This document shows, piece after piece, positions 48,101 through 58,036 of a DNA stretch of 64,000 bases. The stretch covers positions 31,577 to 95,576 of the forward strand of contig JAKFYE010000021.1 of NCBI GenBank assembly GCA_021731045.1, read 5' to 3'. Numbering within the stretch: position 1 is the stretch's first letter; every line of letters starts with the position of its first letter. The notes under the pieces are model-generated. The model was not told the origin of the DNA and did no database searches. It was given only the letters and a program-made list of their open reading frames with translations. The position numbers and the translations under genes are program-made. Source of the stretch: Bdellovibrionales bacterium (lineage in GTDB: Bacteria; Bdellovibrionota; Bdellovibrionia; Bdellovibrionales; JAKFYE01).

Positions 48101-48927
48101 GAGTTTTCCATTTCGGCTACGATACCCCAGCAGTATTTTGAAAAACTAGTTTTTTGAATTTGGTGCTTATCAAAAAATTGCTGCACAAATACTGGCAGTG
48201 TTCCGGCGTGTTTAACTTCGACAAGGAGCTGGCTGTCTTTCCAATTATGAGTGACCGCTTGAGCCGTCGACCAAACAGGAAGCTTTTTAACGCTTTCGCT
48301 TTGAATTGAAATCCCGCTGTTTAAACTTTCAATTGATAGACCCTCATCGATCGTGATTCGCAAATCGTTTTTTTCAAAAGACGTTCGCTCGTAACGAATT
48401 TTTACTTGGGGCTTAATAAAATAAGTAGAAGCCAGTGAATTCATAAGGTGCACGCGATCGAGTAATTCAAAAACTTTGATTTCGCTATTGAGCTTACGAA
48501 GTTTGCTCGACAATAAAATAGGGAGCCCTTGAATAATGCGCTCATAGTTTTGAGCATCAAGTTTGAAGCGTTTTTTAATCGTAATTTTATCCAAGCCATT
48601 TGTGACTTTGCATTTTGCTTCTAAGTAAGACACGTCGTCGTTGTGATTTGGATTGTAACGACGAATGCGCACTTTAAATCTTTGTTTGATCGGAGCAAAG
48701 TGGTGATGAAAGAAATCAAGATCCTTAGAGTCAAAATAAATAGATTCGTTAATGTTGAAATCGTTTGCCGAGCCAAATCGACATAAAGACATTTCGGTTT
48801 TTAGAAAGTCAAAAAATTCAGTTTTAAGAGCTTTGGGGATAAAAAACTTGTCTTCAATTCTTAGAAAAGCACCTGGTTCTTGAGGAACTCCGATAGGTGA
48901 TAGCGACATATATGACTCCTTGGTCAA
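48097..48927 (-). CDS. VTC-domain (polyphosphate polymerase-like, CYTH fold) protein
   Basis: R.E.KF, SIYFDS, RFKVRIRRY, LEAK, YER, RITID, VEVK and FSKY motifs. Confidence 0.88.
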   Translation of the reverse strand: MTKESYMSLSPIGVPQEPGAFLRIEDKFFIPKALKTEFFDFLKTEMSLCRFGSANDFNINESIYFDSKDLDFFHHHFAPIKQRFKVRIRRYNPNHNDDVSYLEAKCKVTNGLDKITIKKRFKLDAQNYERIIQGLPILLSSKLRKLNSEIKVFELLDRVHLMNSLASTYFIKPQVKIRYERTSFEKNDLRITIDEGLSIESLNSGISIQSESVKKLPVWSTAQAVTHNWKDSQLLVEVKHAGTLPVFVQQFFDKHQIQKTSFSKYCWGIVAEMENS

Positions 48928-49087
48928 ATACTAGAAGGCGAACGAAATCGCATAATAACACATTGCATCCTGTTCTTCACTGGACCAATCGAGCAGTGAA
49001 AAAGCTTCTATAGCCTGTCTAAACATTAGACGTCGTATTGTCACCGGCGTTGTTGATTTTATTTCGTTTAATTATTAATCATTCGAA

Positions 49088-49471
49088 GTGCCTAAAACCA
49101 AAGTATCAAAAATCAAAAGTTTAAACCTGACAAAAATTCAGACGGCCCAGCGAAAAATGGCTCAAGAAAGGGATTGGGATCAGTATCATACTCCTAAGAA
49201 TCTTGCAGCTGCGTTGAGCGTTGAAGCCTCCGAGCTTCTAGAAATCTTTCAGTGGCTGTCGGAGTCACAATCGCAAGCCATAGTTAATGACGTTAAGAAA
49301 TTTCAGGCAGTAAAAGAGGAGCTAGCCGATATCCTTTACTACGTGATTCGATTGGCCGATCAATTAGATATAGACTTGGAACTTGCGTTTTGGGGTAAGC
49401 TTAAGAAGTCTCTCGCTAAATATCCTGTAAAGTCCGCACGTGGAAACTCAAAGAAATACACAGAATTTTAG
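49088..49471 (+). CDS. MazG-like nucleotide pyrophosphohydrolase (dCTPase type)
   Basis: RDWDQYHTPKNLA.ALSVEASELLEIFQW, EELAD and KYP motifs. Confidence 0.92.
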   Translation: MPKTKVSKIKSLNLTKIQTAQRKMAQERDWDQYHTPKNLAAALSVEASELLEIFQWLSESQSQAIVNDVKKFQAVKEELADILYYVIRLADQLDIDLELAFWGKLKKSLAKYPVKSARGNSKKYTEF

Positions 49472-49490
49472 GAGCTAGCGGATTTAAGCC

Positions 49491-49985
49491 CTAATTTACG
49501 CCTAAACAAGACGCTTTTAAATTGGATTGAGAGCGAATAATTGAATCTATCTTATCTAAGACAGGCCCAGACTGGTTAAATAACGATAAATAATGATTAT
49601 GGAGAGTCGAAGCAAACTCGCTGTAATCTTCGGACGGGCATCCCCATAACTCAGCCAAGGCGTTTAAATATTCACCTTCGCCACGGGCGGCATCAATTTT
49701 TATCGCGACTAAAGAGTTTTCAACAAAAGCCTCGCGGGCTTGAGCTGGGCCGCCTCCACCGCCACTTGAGCCAGCGTACATAGAACAGGCTCCAAACGAT
49801 GAAAAATAAGAGGTTGTCGAGGGAACCATCGTAGAAATATAAAGTGGACTATAATAGGGGGGATGACTATCTTCGGATTTTGGAAAAATAGTGCCGCAAC
49901 GTTCGCGGCTAAATGCGTGTACAGAAAATGCAGCAAGAAAAGAACTAAGAAAAAGCCCTAGACAACCCAAAGGTGATGCCGTCAT
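49491..49985 (-). CDS. DUF3015-family secreted protein
   Basis: Signal peptide; FV..S...I..DAARGEGEYL.ALAELWGC motif. Confidence 0.75.
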   Translation of the reverse strand: MTASPLGCLGLFLSSFLAAFSVHAFSRERCGTIFPKSEDSHPPYYSPLYISTMVPSTTSYFSSFGACSMYAGSSGGGGGPAQAREAFVENSLVAIKIDAARGEGEYLNALAELWGCPSEDYSEFASTLHNHYLSLFNQSGPVLDKIDSIIRSQSNLKASCLGVN

Positions 49986-50019
49986 TGATAACATTAATAA
50001 ATTGTATCGAACGTTGAGA

Positions 50020-51861
50020 ATGAAAAGCAATCGGAAATTCTTGATATTTGCAATACTCGTGTATGGGCTTTTGTCGCAAAAAACACAGGCGCAAATAGCA
50101 CCTCAGCCTTTATCCGAAATTGCTCAAAGTCGTTATTGGAAAGTTCTGTTGCATTATAAGAAGACTATATTGCGAGGAGAGGCAAGTGAGGCCGATGGTC
50201 CTGACTTCTTTTTCAGCAAAACTGGAAACACGGATCCACTTGCAGAGCTTGAAGCAACTTTGATCGCGTTTAGTGAACCATCCAGCAAAGAAGTCGGTTT
50301 TTTTAAACAACACCCACAATGTGCATTTCCAGAACGTTATAGATTTTTAAAAGAAAAATTAAACCTCAACATACCTGAAATAAACTGTCGAGAGTTCAAA
50401 GAATGGAAAACTCTTTTTAATCCTCGATCTGTCACTCTCGTGTACGCCGCCCCTTATTTAGGAGATCCTGCTTCGATGTTCGGGCATTCTTTTTTAAGGA
50501 TAGATTCGACGACAAGCAAACTTTTAGACTCAGGAATTAGTTATGAAGCCATGGTGGACTCGAACATGAGTATAGGCTACGCAATCAAAGGACTTATTGG
50601 AAGCTATCCGGGAATGTTTTTTCAACAACCGTATTATGTAAAAATAAATACGTATAGTTATATTGAAAATCGAGATTTATGGGAATACGAACTTTCTCTC
50701 GATAAAAACCAAATTGATCGCTTATTAAATCACCTTTGGGAAATGACAAATACGCACTTTGATTATTACTTTTTAAATGAAAACTGTTCATACCATCTTT
50801 TGTCTCTCTTAGAAGTCGCTAACCCTGAATGGAATTTTCGCGATCAGTTTAATATTTTGTCATTACCTCTTGAAACTATTCGTGCGGTGACTGAGGCACC
50901 GGGTGCTGTGCGGTCTGTACAAAGAAGACCCGCATTAATCCAAATATTAGAGAATCGAATTTATAAAATGAATAAAAAGGATCGACAGGAGTTTTTTAAT
51001 TTGCAAAAAGAACTTGCGCTTTCAGGTCATGAAAGCGCCGCAGTTTTAGATGCATTAATTGATTGGCAGAAATATCAATCACGTGGGCATGACAATCAAC
51101 TAGATCCAAAATTGTTGAACGCGCGTGCAGAAGTAAAGACTGTAACAGAAACGCCGGTGATAGAAAAAACGGAACCACCGCAGCTCGGGCACAAATCTTA
51201 TAAAATTTCTGTAGCGACCCAAATGCAAAACGAAGTTCCGGCCTATAACCTGATGTTTCGGCCTGGTCTGCATGATGTTCTCGATAGAGACACTGGATAT
51301 ATTCCGTTTTCTTCTCTTACGTTGGCGGAGATGGAACTCGTTTATCGACCTAATTTAGAAAAACTAAATCTCGAAAAATTTATTTTTGTCGATCTTATGA
51401 GCCTAACCCCACAAACATTTTTAAGCACCAAACCATCTTGGCTCATCCATTTGGCATTAGATCGTCCTGCCGATTTAAATTGTTTTGAGTGTTTGATGGG
51501 TCAAATTCAAGGCGGATTGGGAGAAAGCGTTTGGCTTTTTAAGGGGGCATTGATTTACGGTTTCATTAAAGGTCAGGCTGAAACTTCAAGTGCGTTTCTC
51601 CAGGAATATCAACAGTCCTCTCGTTTTGGGCCTTCAATAGAAGCCGGTTCATTCATTCAATGGCATCCGTTAGTAAAGATGCAATTGGCTTACGAAAAGT
51701 TTTGGTATTTTCCCTATATCGATAAAGGACAGTTTTCGCGCGGGCTCGCCACCCTTTCTTATGCGCAATCATCTTTTGAATTTCGTGTAGGGGGAGAGTT
51801 ATACGCTCTACCTGAAAGCAACTTTAAAAATTTAAAGTTGGCGATGTTTTGGTATTACTAA
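50020..51861 (+). CDS. DUF4105 / Lnb-like protein with C-terminal beta-barrel
   Basis: W..LLHY, FF.S..G..DP.AEL, CAFPER, PASMFGH.FLR, RDLWEY.L and YYFLNENCS motifs; ends in an aromatic beta signal. Confidence 0.85.
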   Translation: MKSNRKFLIFAILVYGLLSQKTQAQIAPQPLSEIAQSRYWKVLLHYKKTILRGEASEADGPDFFFSKTGNTDPLAELEATLIAFSEPSSKEVGFFKQHPQCAFPERYRFLKEKLNLNIPEINCREFKEWKTLFNPRSVTLVYAAPYLGDPASMFGHSFLRIDSTTSKLLDSGISYEAMVDSNMSIGYAIKGLIGSYPGMFFQQPYYVKINTYSYIENRDLWEYELSLDKNQIDRLLNHLWEMTNTHFDYYFLNENCSYHLLSLLEVANPEWNFRDQFNILSLPLETIRAVTEAPGAVRSVQRRPALIQILENRIYKMNKKDRQEFFNLQKELALSGHESAAVLDALIDWQKYQSRGHDNQLDPKLLNARAEVKTVTETPVIEKTEPPQLGHKSYKISVATQMQNEVPAYNLMFRPGLHDVLDRDTGYIPFSSLTLAEMELVYRPNLEKLNLEKFIFVDLMSLTPQTFLSTKPSWLIHLALDRPADLNCFECLMGQIQGGLGESVWLFKGALIYGFIKGQAETSSAFLQEYQQSSRFGPSIEAGSFIQWHPLVKMQLAYEKFWYFPYIDKGQFSRGLATLSYAQSSFEFRVGGELYALPESNFKNLKLAMFWYY

Positions 51862-52028
51862 TAGCTAGATGACGTTACAAAGATAAATATTTCTTCACAA
51901 ATACCTCGAGTATACATTGTGGATCTAAGATCTTGAGAATATATCTTTAAGCGAAATCTATTATATTCTTATACGTTTGACTCTCTGTGTTTTTGAAGTT
52001 ACCTATCGGCTAACTTTATGGAGGTTTT

Positions 52029-52349
52029 ATGAAAAAATTGTTTGTTGTTGGAGCACTTTTGTGTTCCGTATTGGGATCAAATAATGCCCTTGCATTGGAT
52101 TGCTTTGATGGCTCTTTTGTTCAAAGTTGGAGCTATGATGCCGATACAGAAGTTCTTCTAGTTAATTCGTTCCAAGACACCTACGAAGTTAAAACGTTTA
52201 TGCCTTGTTACGAACTCTCTTGGGCAACGGGCGTCGCCTTCCGTTCTTTTTTGGGTTCACAAGTTTGTCATGGCGATGACGTACTTGCGGTTGATGCATT
52301 CAACAGAGTGACTCAAGTTTGCATGATCGATACAGTTGTAAAAAGATAG
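52029..52349 (+). CDS. Small secreted 4-Cys protein (DUF6491-like)
   Basis: Signal peptide; GGAGG RBS; CF..W..C..L..C.GD..C.I pattern. Confidence 0.65.
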   Translation: MKKLFVVGALLCSVLGSNNALALDCFDGSFVQSWSYDADTEVLLVNSFQDTYEVKTFMPCYELSWATGVAFRSFLGSQVCHGDDVLAVDAFNRVTQVCMIDTVVKR

Positions 52350-52372
52350 TATCAATAAACGAATTAGATTGG

Positions 52373-52408
52373 AAAGAGGGCATAAGGTTTTATGCCCTTT
52401 TGTTTTTT
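52373..52408. terminator. Intrinsic terminator between convergent genes
   Basis: agggcataag-gtt-ttatgcccttt followed by a T run. Confidence 0.75.
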
Positions 52409-52420
52409 GATTTCATTAAA

Positions 52421-53695
52421 CTATTTCATATTAAAACTTGCAGATTCAATAAGACCTGAGAGCACGGAATGAAAGTGAGATTGAGAGGTTAGTTTTTCGC
52501 GCCCAAAACGAGATTCAAACTCGTTGCGAATCATAGGAACTTGGGCCGATCCACCAGTTAAATAGACGAGATCAACATCTTTTGCGGAGGCTTGACCTTG
52601 TCTAAGACATTCTTCCATTGAAGAAAAAATTTTTTCTTTAGTTGGTTGAGCCCATTTTTCAAATTCTTCACGCAAAAATGTCGCCGAAATTTCAAGGCCA
52701 GGGTAATTAAACTCAAATTCTGCAAGACTTCTTTCAGAAAGACGACGTTTCACTTTTTCAATATGCTCAAAAAAAGAAAATATTTGTTGGTCTTCTATTA
52801 AATTAAATAAGCGTTCAATATTTTGACGTTCATTCTCAGTGGCCACGCCCTTTTTAACATTTTGAATAAACTCATAAGTATTTTTTTCTTTCAAATGTAC
52901 AATGTGGGCGGGCTTGTTTAAGCACTCCATAATTGATAGCGGCATGGTCATCCAGTTTTTCCCGAGAGCTACCTTATATTTAGAATTCGCACCAAAAAAT
53001 TCATTTAATCTTTGGCTCATAAATAAGCTGTCTAGTGCATCTCCGGCAAGCGGGCAGCCATCTATTCCGAGAACATGCTCTTTATGAAACTCATAAGGAC
53101 CAATACGGATTAGAGTAAAGTCGGAAGTTCCCCCTCCGAAGTCACCGATGAGAACTGTTTTTTCATGCGTGAGGTTTCTGCGATAATCAAAAGCCGCGGC
53201 TAAAGGTTCAGGGACAAACTCAATATTTTTAAAGCCAGCAAATTCAGCGGCTTTATTCATACGGTGAATGGCAAAACCATCGGCAACGGGATCAAGAGAA
53301 TAGCGAGCTGGGCGGCCAATAACGACATTTTGTATGTCTTCTTGCAAAATGGTTTCCGCTCTCTTTTTTAATTCAAGTAGAAAGATTCCCACAAGTTTTT
53401 CTAGAGGAAGAATGCGATTGTCGATAACGGTGCCGAGATAATTTTGATTAGGCAAATGAGATTTGAAAGATCGAAACAAACGACCTTCCATCTCATGTTC
53501 TAAGAATTTGTCTATGGCGTCTGCGCCGTAAAAGCAGGCATCTTGGTGTGGAAAAAATAAGAGCGTGCGCATAAGCGTCGGGTCTGAAGCTTTTGTATCT
53601 AATGGCAAAGCTTCAACTCTTTGTCCGTTTTTCCATGCGCCGACTAAAGAATTGGTAGTGCCAAAGTCAATGGCCAGTCTGGTTTCGTTACTCAC
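52421..53695 (-). CDS. Hsp70-family protein, YegD-like
   Basis: IDFGTTNS, GRLFRSFKS, IGRP, EPLAAA, DFGGGTSDF and TGGS motifs; no substrate-binding domain. Confidence 0.88.
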   Translation of the reverse strand: MSNETRLAIDFGTTNSLVGAWKNGQRVEALPLDTKASDPTLMRTLLFFPHQDACFYGADAIDKFLEHEMEGRLFRSFKSHLPNQNYLGTVIDNRILPLEKLVGIFLLELKKRAETILQEDIQNVVIGRPARYSLDPVADGFAIHRMNKAAEFAGFKNIEFVPEPLAAAFDYRRNLTHEKTVLIGDFGGGTSDFTLIRIGPYEFHKEHVLGIDGCPLAGDALDSLFMSQRLNEFFGANSKYKVALGKNWMTMPLSIMECLNKPAHIVHLKEKNTYEFIQNVKKGVATENERQNIERLFNLIEDQQIFSFFEHIEKVKRRLSERSLAEFEFNYPGLEISATFLREEFEKWAQPTKEKIFSSMEECLRQGQASAKDVDLVYLTGGSAQVPMIRNEFESRFGREKLTSQSHFHSVLSGLIESASFNMK

Positions 53696-55004
53696 TGAAG
53701 GAGAGATCCTTATTAAATTCAGAGTGAAATTGAGTCACCATATTGTCCGCAAAAATAGATTTTTTATTCCAAGTTTCAATAAACAGGCCTTCAGGATTAC
53801 GGACGCGACTGAGCGCTACGTATGCTTGGCCGGGTTCCCAGATGCCATGCAAATTGACGAGCATGCGTTCAAGTGTGGCGCCTTGTGCTTTATGAATAGT
53901 CATAGCCCACGCCAGTGTAACCGGAAAGTTTTGCGCCGTAACAACGGGCTGACCCTCAGCATCTAAAAGTGTGAAGACGGATTTTTCAACCTCAACGAGG
54001 GACCCATTTGTTAAACGAATCGTTAAATAATCAGGAGTAATTTTTTGGACACGGCCAATACTACCATTGACCCATCTGCCTTCAGGATCATTCTGTCTAA
54101 GCATAATGAGGGCTTCTACTTTAAGATGAATTGTGTCTGAGATTGGCGAATGCTTGCGAAAATTCTCAATGTCTCTTTCTTTGCCCTGATATTGTGTCTC
54201 AATCGAGTGAAGTGGATTTTTAATTTCATTTAATTGTTCGAGATTGTATTTTTCGACTTCGGCACGTCGAGGAAATAAGCGAGTTAATTCTCCCGGAGGA
54301 TTTGAATTAACGCGAGAATTTAAAAACTCAGAAACACCGTCATTCATTCGTCCTTCACGTACGTCATTAAGCACGTTTAAAAAATATTTATCTGTCGAGC
54401 GCATAATTTCTTTTAAAACAATTGTTTGAAACTGACTTTGTTCCCATACCTCATCTAAAAAGGCCCACTCTCTTATTCGGCTATGAGGATTGACGGGAGG
54501 CAATTGAGCAAAATCTCCAACCGCAATGATACGTAATCCACCCCAGGCCGTTGTATTGCCGCGTGCTTTTTTAGCAATTTGTTCGGCTGCGCGAAGGGTC
54601 GGACCTGAAATCATAGAAATTTCGTCAATGATCACGCTATCGGCTTTACGTAAGCGACTAACCAGTCTTTTATTTTCAGTTGCCCGATCAACGGTTGCTT
54701 GAACACCACCTTCCATAATTCCTAAACCAAAGAAACTATGAAATGTTCGACCACCAATCAAAATTGCAGCGGCGCCGGTACTCGCTAATACGGGAATTTT
54801 GCGATCTTTAAGGTATTCTCGGAGTAAAAAACTTTTTCCGCTTCCCGCTGCGCCAGTAAGAAAAACATTGTCGTCTTTTTTAAGAACCTCGAGCGCAAAA
54901 CTTTGTTCCCTATTTAATTTTACCGATAGCTCTACTGAGTTGAGTTTTGGGTTAGCTTCTATGGGCACATGCCATCCGATGTTAAGAGCATTGAACATAT
55001 TCAT
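53688..55004 (-). CDS. PIF1-family SF1B DNA helicase
   Basis: TGAAGSGKS, STG.AA..I.G.T.HSF, DEISM, GDFAQLPPV, TIHKAQG and GQAYVALSR motifs. Confidence 0.92.
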   Translation of the reverse strand: MNMFNALNIGWHVPIEANPKLNSVELSVKLNREQSFALEVLKKDDNVFLTGAAGSGKSFLLREYLKDRKIPVLASTGAAAILIGGRTFHSFFGLGIMEGGVQATVDRATENKRLVSRLRKADSVIIDEISMISGPTLRAAEQIAKKARGNTTAWGGLRIIAVGDFAQLPPVNPHSRIREWAFLDEVWEQSQFQTIVLKEIMRSTDKYFLNVLNDVREGRMNDGVSEFLNSRVNSNPPGELTRLFPRRAEVEKYNLEQLNEIKNPLHSIETQYQGKERDIENFRKHSPISDTIHLKVEALIMLRQNDPEGRWVNGSIGRVQKITPDYLTIRLTNGSLVEVEKSVFTLLDAEGQPVVTAQNFPVTLAWAMTIHKAQGATLERMLVNLHGIWEPGQAYVALSRVRNPEGLFIETWNKKSIFADNMVTQFHSEFNKDLSFSE

Positions 55005-55172
55005 TTACGATAAACTTTTGATTTGGTCTATCTTCTGCTGGTTTTAGTACAAAATAGGAACGTTGCGCCTAAAAATTCGAGAGTCGTACGACTTTACTAA
55101 TATGATTTTGTGATAGACCCTAAAGGTTTTTGCCTTCACACTTTTAATGAACATGAAGGGGGGCCTTATCAT

Positions 55173-55718
55173 ATGAGCAAACTTTTTTTAGTTTTATTCT
55201 TTATACTCACAAGCTCTGCTTTAAATGCAAAAGAACTTAAAGGCGTTCAGATGCCGGATGAGGTACAAGTTAACGGCACGACTTTAAAGCTAAATGGACT
55301 AGGATTACGCAAGGCCATGAGCATTTTTGATGTTTATGTGGCCGGACTGTATGTGGTTGAGCCGTCAAAAGATGCGGTCAGTATTATTAATTCCAATACT
55401 CCCAAGAGGCTTGTTATGCGTTTTAAAAGATTTGTTGAAAAGAGCAAATTAAAAGATGCGTGGAAAGAAGGCTTCGAAAAAAATGCGGACAAAGATTATT
55501 CTTTTAGTTCAGACCTTCTGAAATTAAATGATCAAATGTCTCACGTGCAAGAGAAAGATGAGATTACATATACGTTTTTTTCTGATCATGCAGACATTGC
55601 GGTTAAAGATAAACCTGTCTTCACAATTGCGGGTGCGAATTTTTCAAAAACCCTTCTTAAAGTTTTTGTCAATCGTCCACCAGATGAAGACTTGAAAAAA
55701 GGTTTGTTGGGTCAATAA
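55173..55718 (+). CDS. Chalcone-isomerase-like periplasmic protein
   Basis: Signal peptide; LKLNGLGLR..FDVYVAGLY and LKKGLLG motifs. Confidence 0.88.
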   Translation: MSKLFLVLFFILTSSALNAKELKGVQMPDEVQVNGTTLKLNGLGLRKAMSIFDVYVAGLYVVEPSKDAVSIINSNTPKRLVMRFKRFVEKSKLKDAWKEGFEKNADKDYSFSSDLLKLNDQMSHVQEKDEITYTFFSDHADIAVKDKPVFTIAGANFSKTLLKVFVNRPPDEDLKKGLLGQ

Positions 55719-55722
55719 CAAC

Positions 55723-56340
55723 ATGCGCCAGCATAGAAGCATTGTGGTCCCTTTAATCATCGCACTAAATGTCGGTGTATTTTTACTGTGGTCGACCATG
55801 GATTTAGAATTTATGGCGACTCATTTTTTAGTGAGTTGGCAGGCCGTGGCTGAAGGGCGATATTGGGTATTATTAACGTCGGCATTTTCGCATAACTTAC
55901 TTTGGCATTTACTTTTTAATATGTTGGCTTTGCAAAGTTTTGGTTCATTTTTAGAAGAGCTCTTAGGTTGGTGGCGTTTTTTAAAATTTTATTTATTAGC
56001 CGCAATCATAAGTTCATTGATGCATGCAATGGTTTCTGCGTGGATATTGGGTCAACCTGAAATTCAAGCTTTGGGTGCTTCGGGAGCCATTTCGGGAATT
56101 ATTCTTTTATTCTCTTTAATGTTTCCAAAACAAAAGATTTCTATTTTTGGGATTATTCCAATCCCAGCGCTTTTTGGAGCTCTGGCTTTTGTAGGGCTTG
56201 ATATTTGGGGCTTAGTTGCGCAAGCGCAAGGAAGTGGTTTGCCCATAGGGCACGGAGCGCATTTAGGTGGAGCTTTAGTTGGTATCATTTATTTCTTTTT
56301 CTATATACGCCCACGTCTTCGCGCACGGCGATATGAATAG
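55723..56340 (+). CDS. Rhomboid intramembrane serine protease
   Basis: FSH..WHLLFNM, GASG and HGAHLGG motifs. Confidence 0.92.
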   Translation: MRQHRSIVVPLIIALNVGVFLLWSTMDLEFMATHFLVSWQAVAEGRYWVLLTSAFSHNLLWHLLFNMLALQSFGSFLEELLGWWRFLKFYLLAAIISSLMHAMVSAWILGQPEIQALGASGAISGIILLFSLMFPKQKISIFGIIPIPALFGALAFVGLDIWGLVAQAQGSGLPIGHGAHLGGALVGIIYFFFYIRPRLRARRYE

Positions 56341-56392
56341 ATATATAAAACAGAGCCTAGTCTGTTATGTCCTCCAGGTGTATAAACCCCTT

Positions 56393-58036
56393 ATGAAAAA
56401 TATTAAATTAAGTCTAAGTGTTTTATTTTTAGTTTTTAATGCCCAAGCGGAGCTACGCAGTGCCGGCGCAGTTACGACTGAATTAAAGGGTACAAGATTT
56501 ACGGTTAGTGTAAAAAGTGGTTTTCATTTAAATGAAAAAGCTCCTAATGCCCTGACTCTTGATGAAACAACTTTTAAGCCGACGCGTCTCGCTTCACAAG
56601 CCGCCGAATTTTCCAATCTTCCTAAAGCGTGGTCTAAAGGTCGTGCCTCTTTATATGTGTGCGATGATGCCATTACATTTTGCGAAATGCATTATGTGGA
56701 TTTAAAAGGCGGCATATCGACTCAAGAAAAGAAAGAATCAAAAACTAAAGGGCAAATGAATAAGCATGGATTTATTGAAGATGATCTAAATCATGCTATA
56801 GCTCTTGCAAAAAAAGAGCGGCGTTTGCTGCTAGTGGATTTTTCTGCCCGTTGGTGTCCTGGGTGCGTACGCTTTGAAAGTGAAACATTTAATACAAAAG
56901 AATTTAAACAGCTCACGCAAGATTATATAAAAGTAAAGATTGATGTAGATCGTTTTGAAAATGTTGTTTTGTCTGAAAAGTTTAAAATTGCGGCGATCCC
57001 CACGTTACTCGTTATGGACTCAGAGCAAAAGGAGGTGAACCGCCTTATTGACTATCAGCCGTCATCGGTTCTGAATCGTTTTTTCTCTGCTATAAAAATG
57101 GATCCGAGTCCAATTCAACAACTTTTAGATCATGCAACACCTCAGGATTCACAATTTGCACTGCGATTAGGAAAAAGACTGGTAGATGCGGGTCGATATA
57201 CAGAAAGTATCAAGTATCTAAGCCAAGTTAAACCGAATCCCGTTGAATTGGCTTACGCTAAGGTAGAGGCCGCAGCCTCAGAGTATAAATTAAATAAAGA
57301 ATATAAAAACCAGTATATAAAAACTCTTAAAGATGCGATCGAAAATGAACCTACAAGTTCTCGTGCGATTGTATGGCGAACATCCTTGATTGGCCTTTTG
57401 GAGGATAAAGCTGAAATAAAAAAAATTATGCAAGAAGGCATTGATTTTTCAGATGCATTGCTTGCCGATGCTCAAAAATTAAAATCTGCAACCGAATCAG
57501 ATTTAGTGGGTGAATTTACCAACTACGAATCTTTGTTGGTTGCTGTTAATCGTGCCGACCTTATCGAAACCGCGGATGTCGACCCTGTATTAATAAAACA
57601 GGCTTGGGGCAAGGCCGCAGATATTGGTAAAAGTTTAAAAATTTCTCCAACGCAGTCAGGTCCTGCACTCCGATATTTAATTATTTTAAATCAAGCTGAA
57701 TTGTTTGAGGACGCGAACCAATGGGCTTTAAAAATTCTTAAATCAGACCCGAACAATGCGGATGTTCAACGTCGCCGCCTCAAAGCACTCTTAGGTTTAA
57801 AAAGATATTCTGAGGCCGTCGTTGTTGGAGAGAAGAGTCTAAAAAACTCATATGATCGCAATGAAATTTGGGTGGCCGAAAGTTTAGCTAAAGCCTACTT
57901 AGCAACTAAGAAAACTCAGCAGGCAAAATCGCTAGTAGATAAATATTTAAATCGGAGCGAAATTGAGTGGTCTAACTTAAAAGCCTCTCGCAAAAACTTA
58001 GAGGATTTAAAAGTACAAATTTCTAAAGAGCTTTAA
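56393..58036 (+). CDS. Secreted thioredoxin-fold protein with DsbD-N-like domain and TPR-like repeats
   Basis: Signal peptide; GFHLN and YVCDDAITFC motifs; WCPGC, cis-Pro IPT; helical C-terminus. Confidence 0.75.
   Translation: MKNIKLSLSVLFLVFNAQAELRSAGAVTTELKGTRFTVSVKSGFHLNEKAPNALTLDETTFKPTRLASQAAEFSNLPKAWSKGRASLYVCDDAITFCEMHYVDLKGGISTQEKKESKTKGQMNKHGFIEDDLNHAIALAKKERRLLLVDFSARWCPGCVRFESETFNTKEFKQLTQDYIKVKIDVDRFENVVLSEKFKIAAIPTLLVMDSEQKEVNRLIDYQPSSVLNRFFSAIKMDPSPIQQLLDHATPQDSQFALRLGKRLVDAGRYTESIKYLSQVKPNPVELAYAKVEAAASEYKLNKEYKNQYIKTLKDAIENEPTSSRAIVWRTSLIGLLEDKAEIKKIMQEGIDFSDALLADAQKLKSATESDLVGEFTNYESLLVAVNRADLIETADVDPVLIKQAWGKAADIGKSLKISPTQSGPALRYLIILNQAELFEDANQWALKILKSDPNNADVQRRRLKALLGLKRYSEAVVVGEKSLKNSYDRNEIWVAESLAKAYLATKKTQQAKSLVDKYLNRSEIEWSNLKASRKNLEDLKVQISKEL

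Noticed and set aside
49891-50030. Apparent head-to-head overlap of the DUF3015 and DUF4105 genes
   Set aside because: It disappears when starts 49985 and 50020, which give proper signal peptides, are used.
49088-55004. MazG-like, YegD-like Hsp70 and PIF1 genes as an anti-phage defence island
   Set aside because: They are not one operon, lack nuclease or effector partners, and sit among housekeeping genes.
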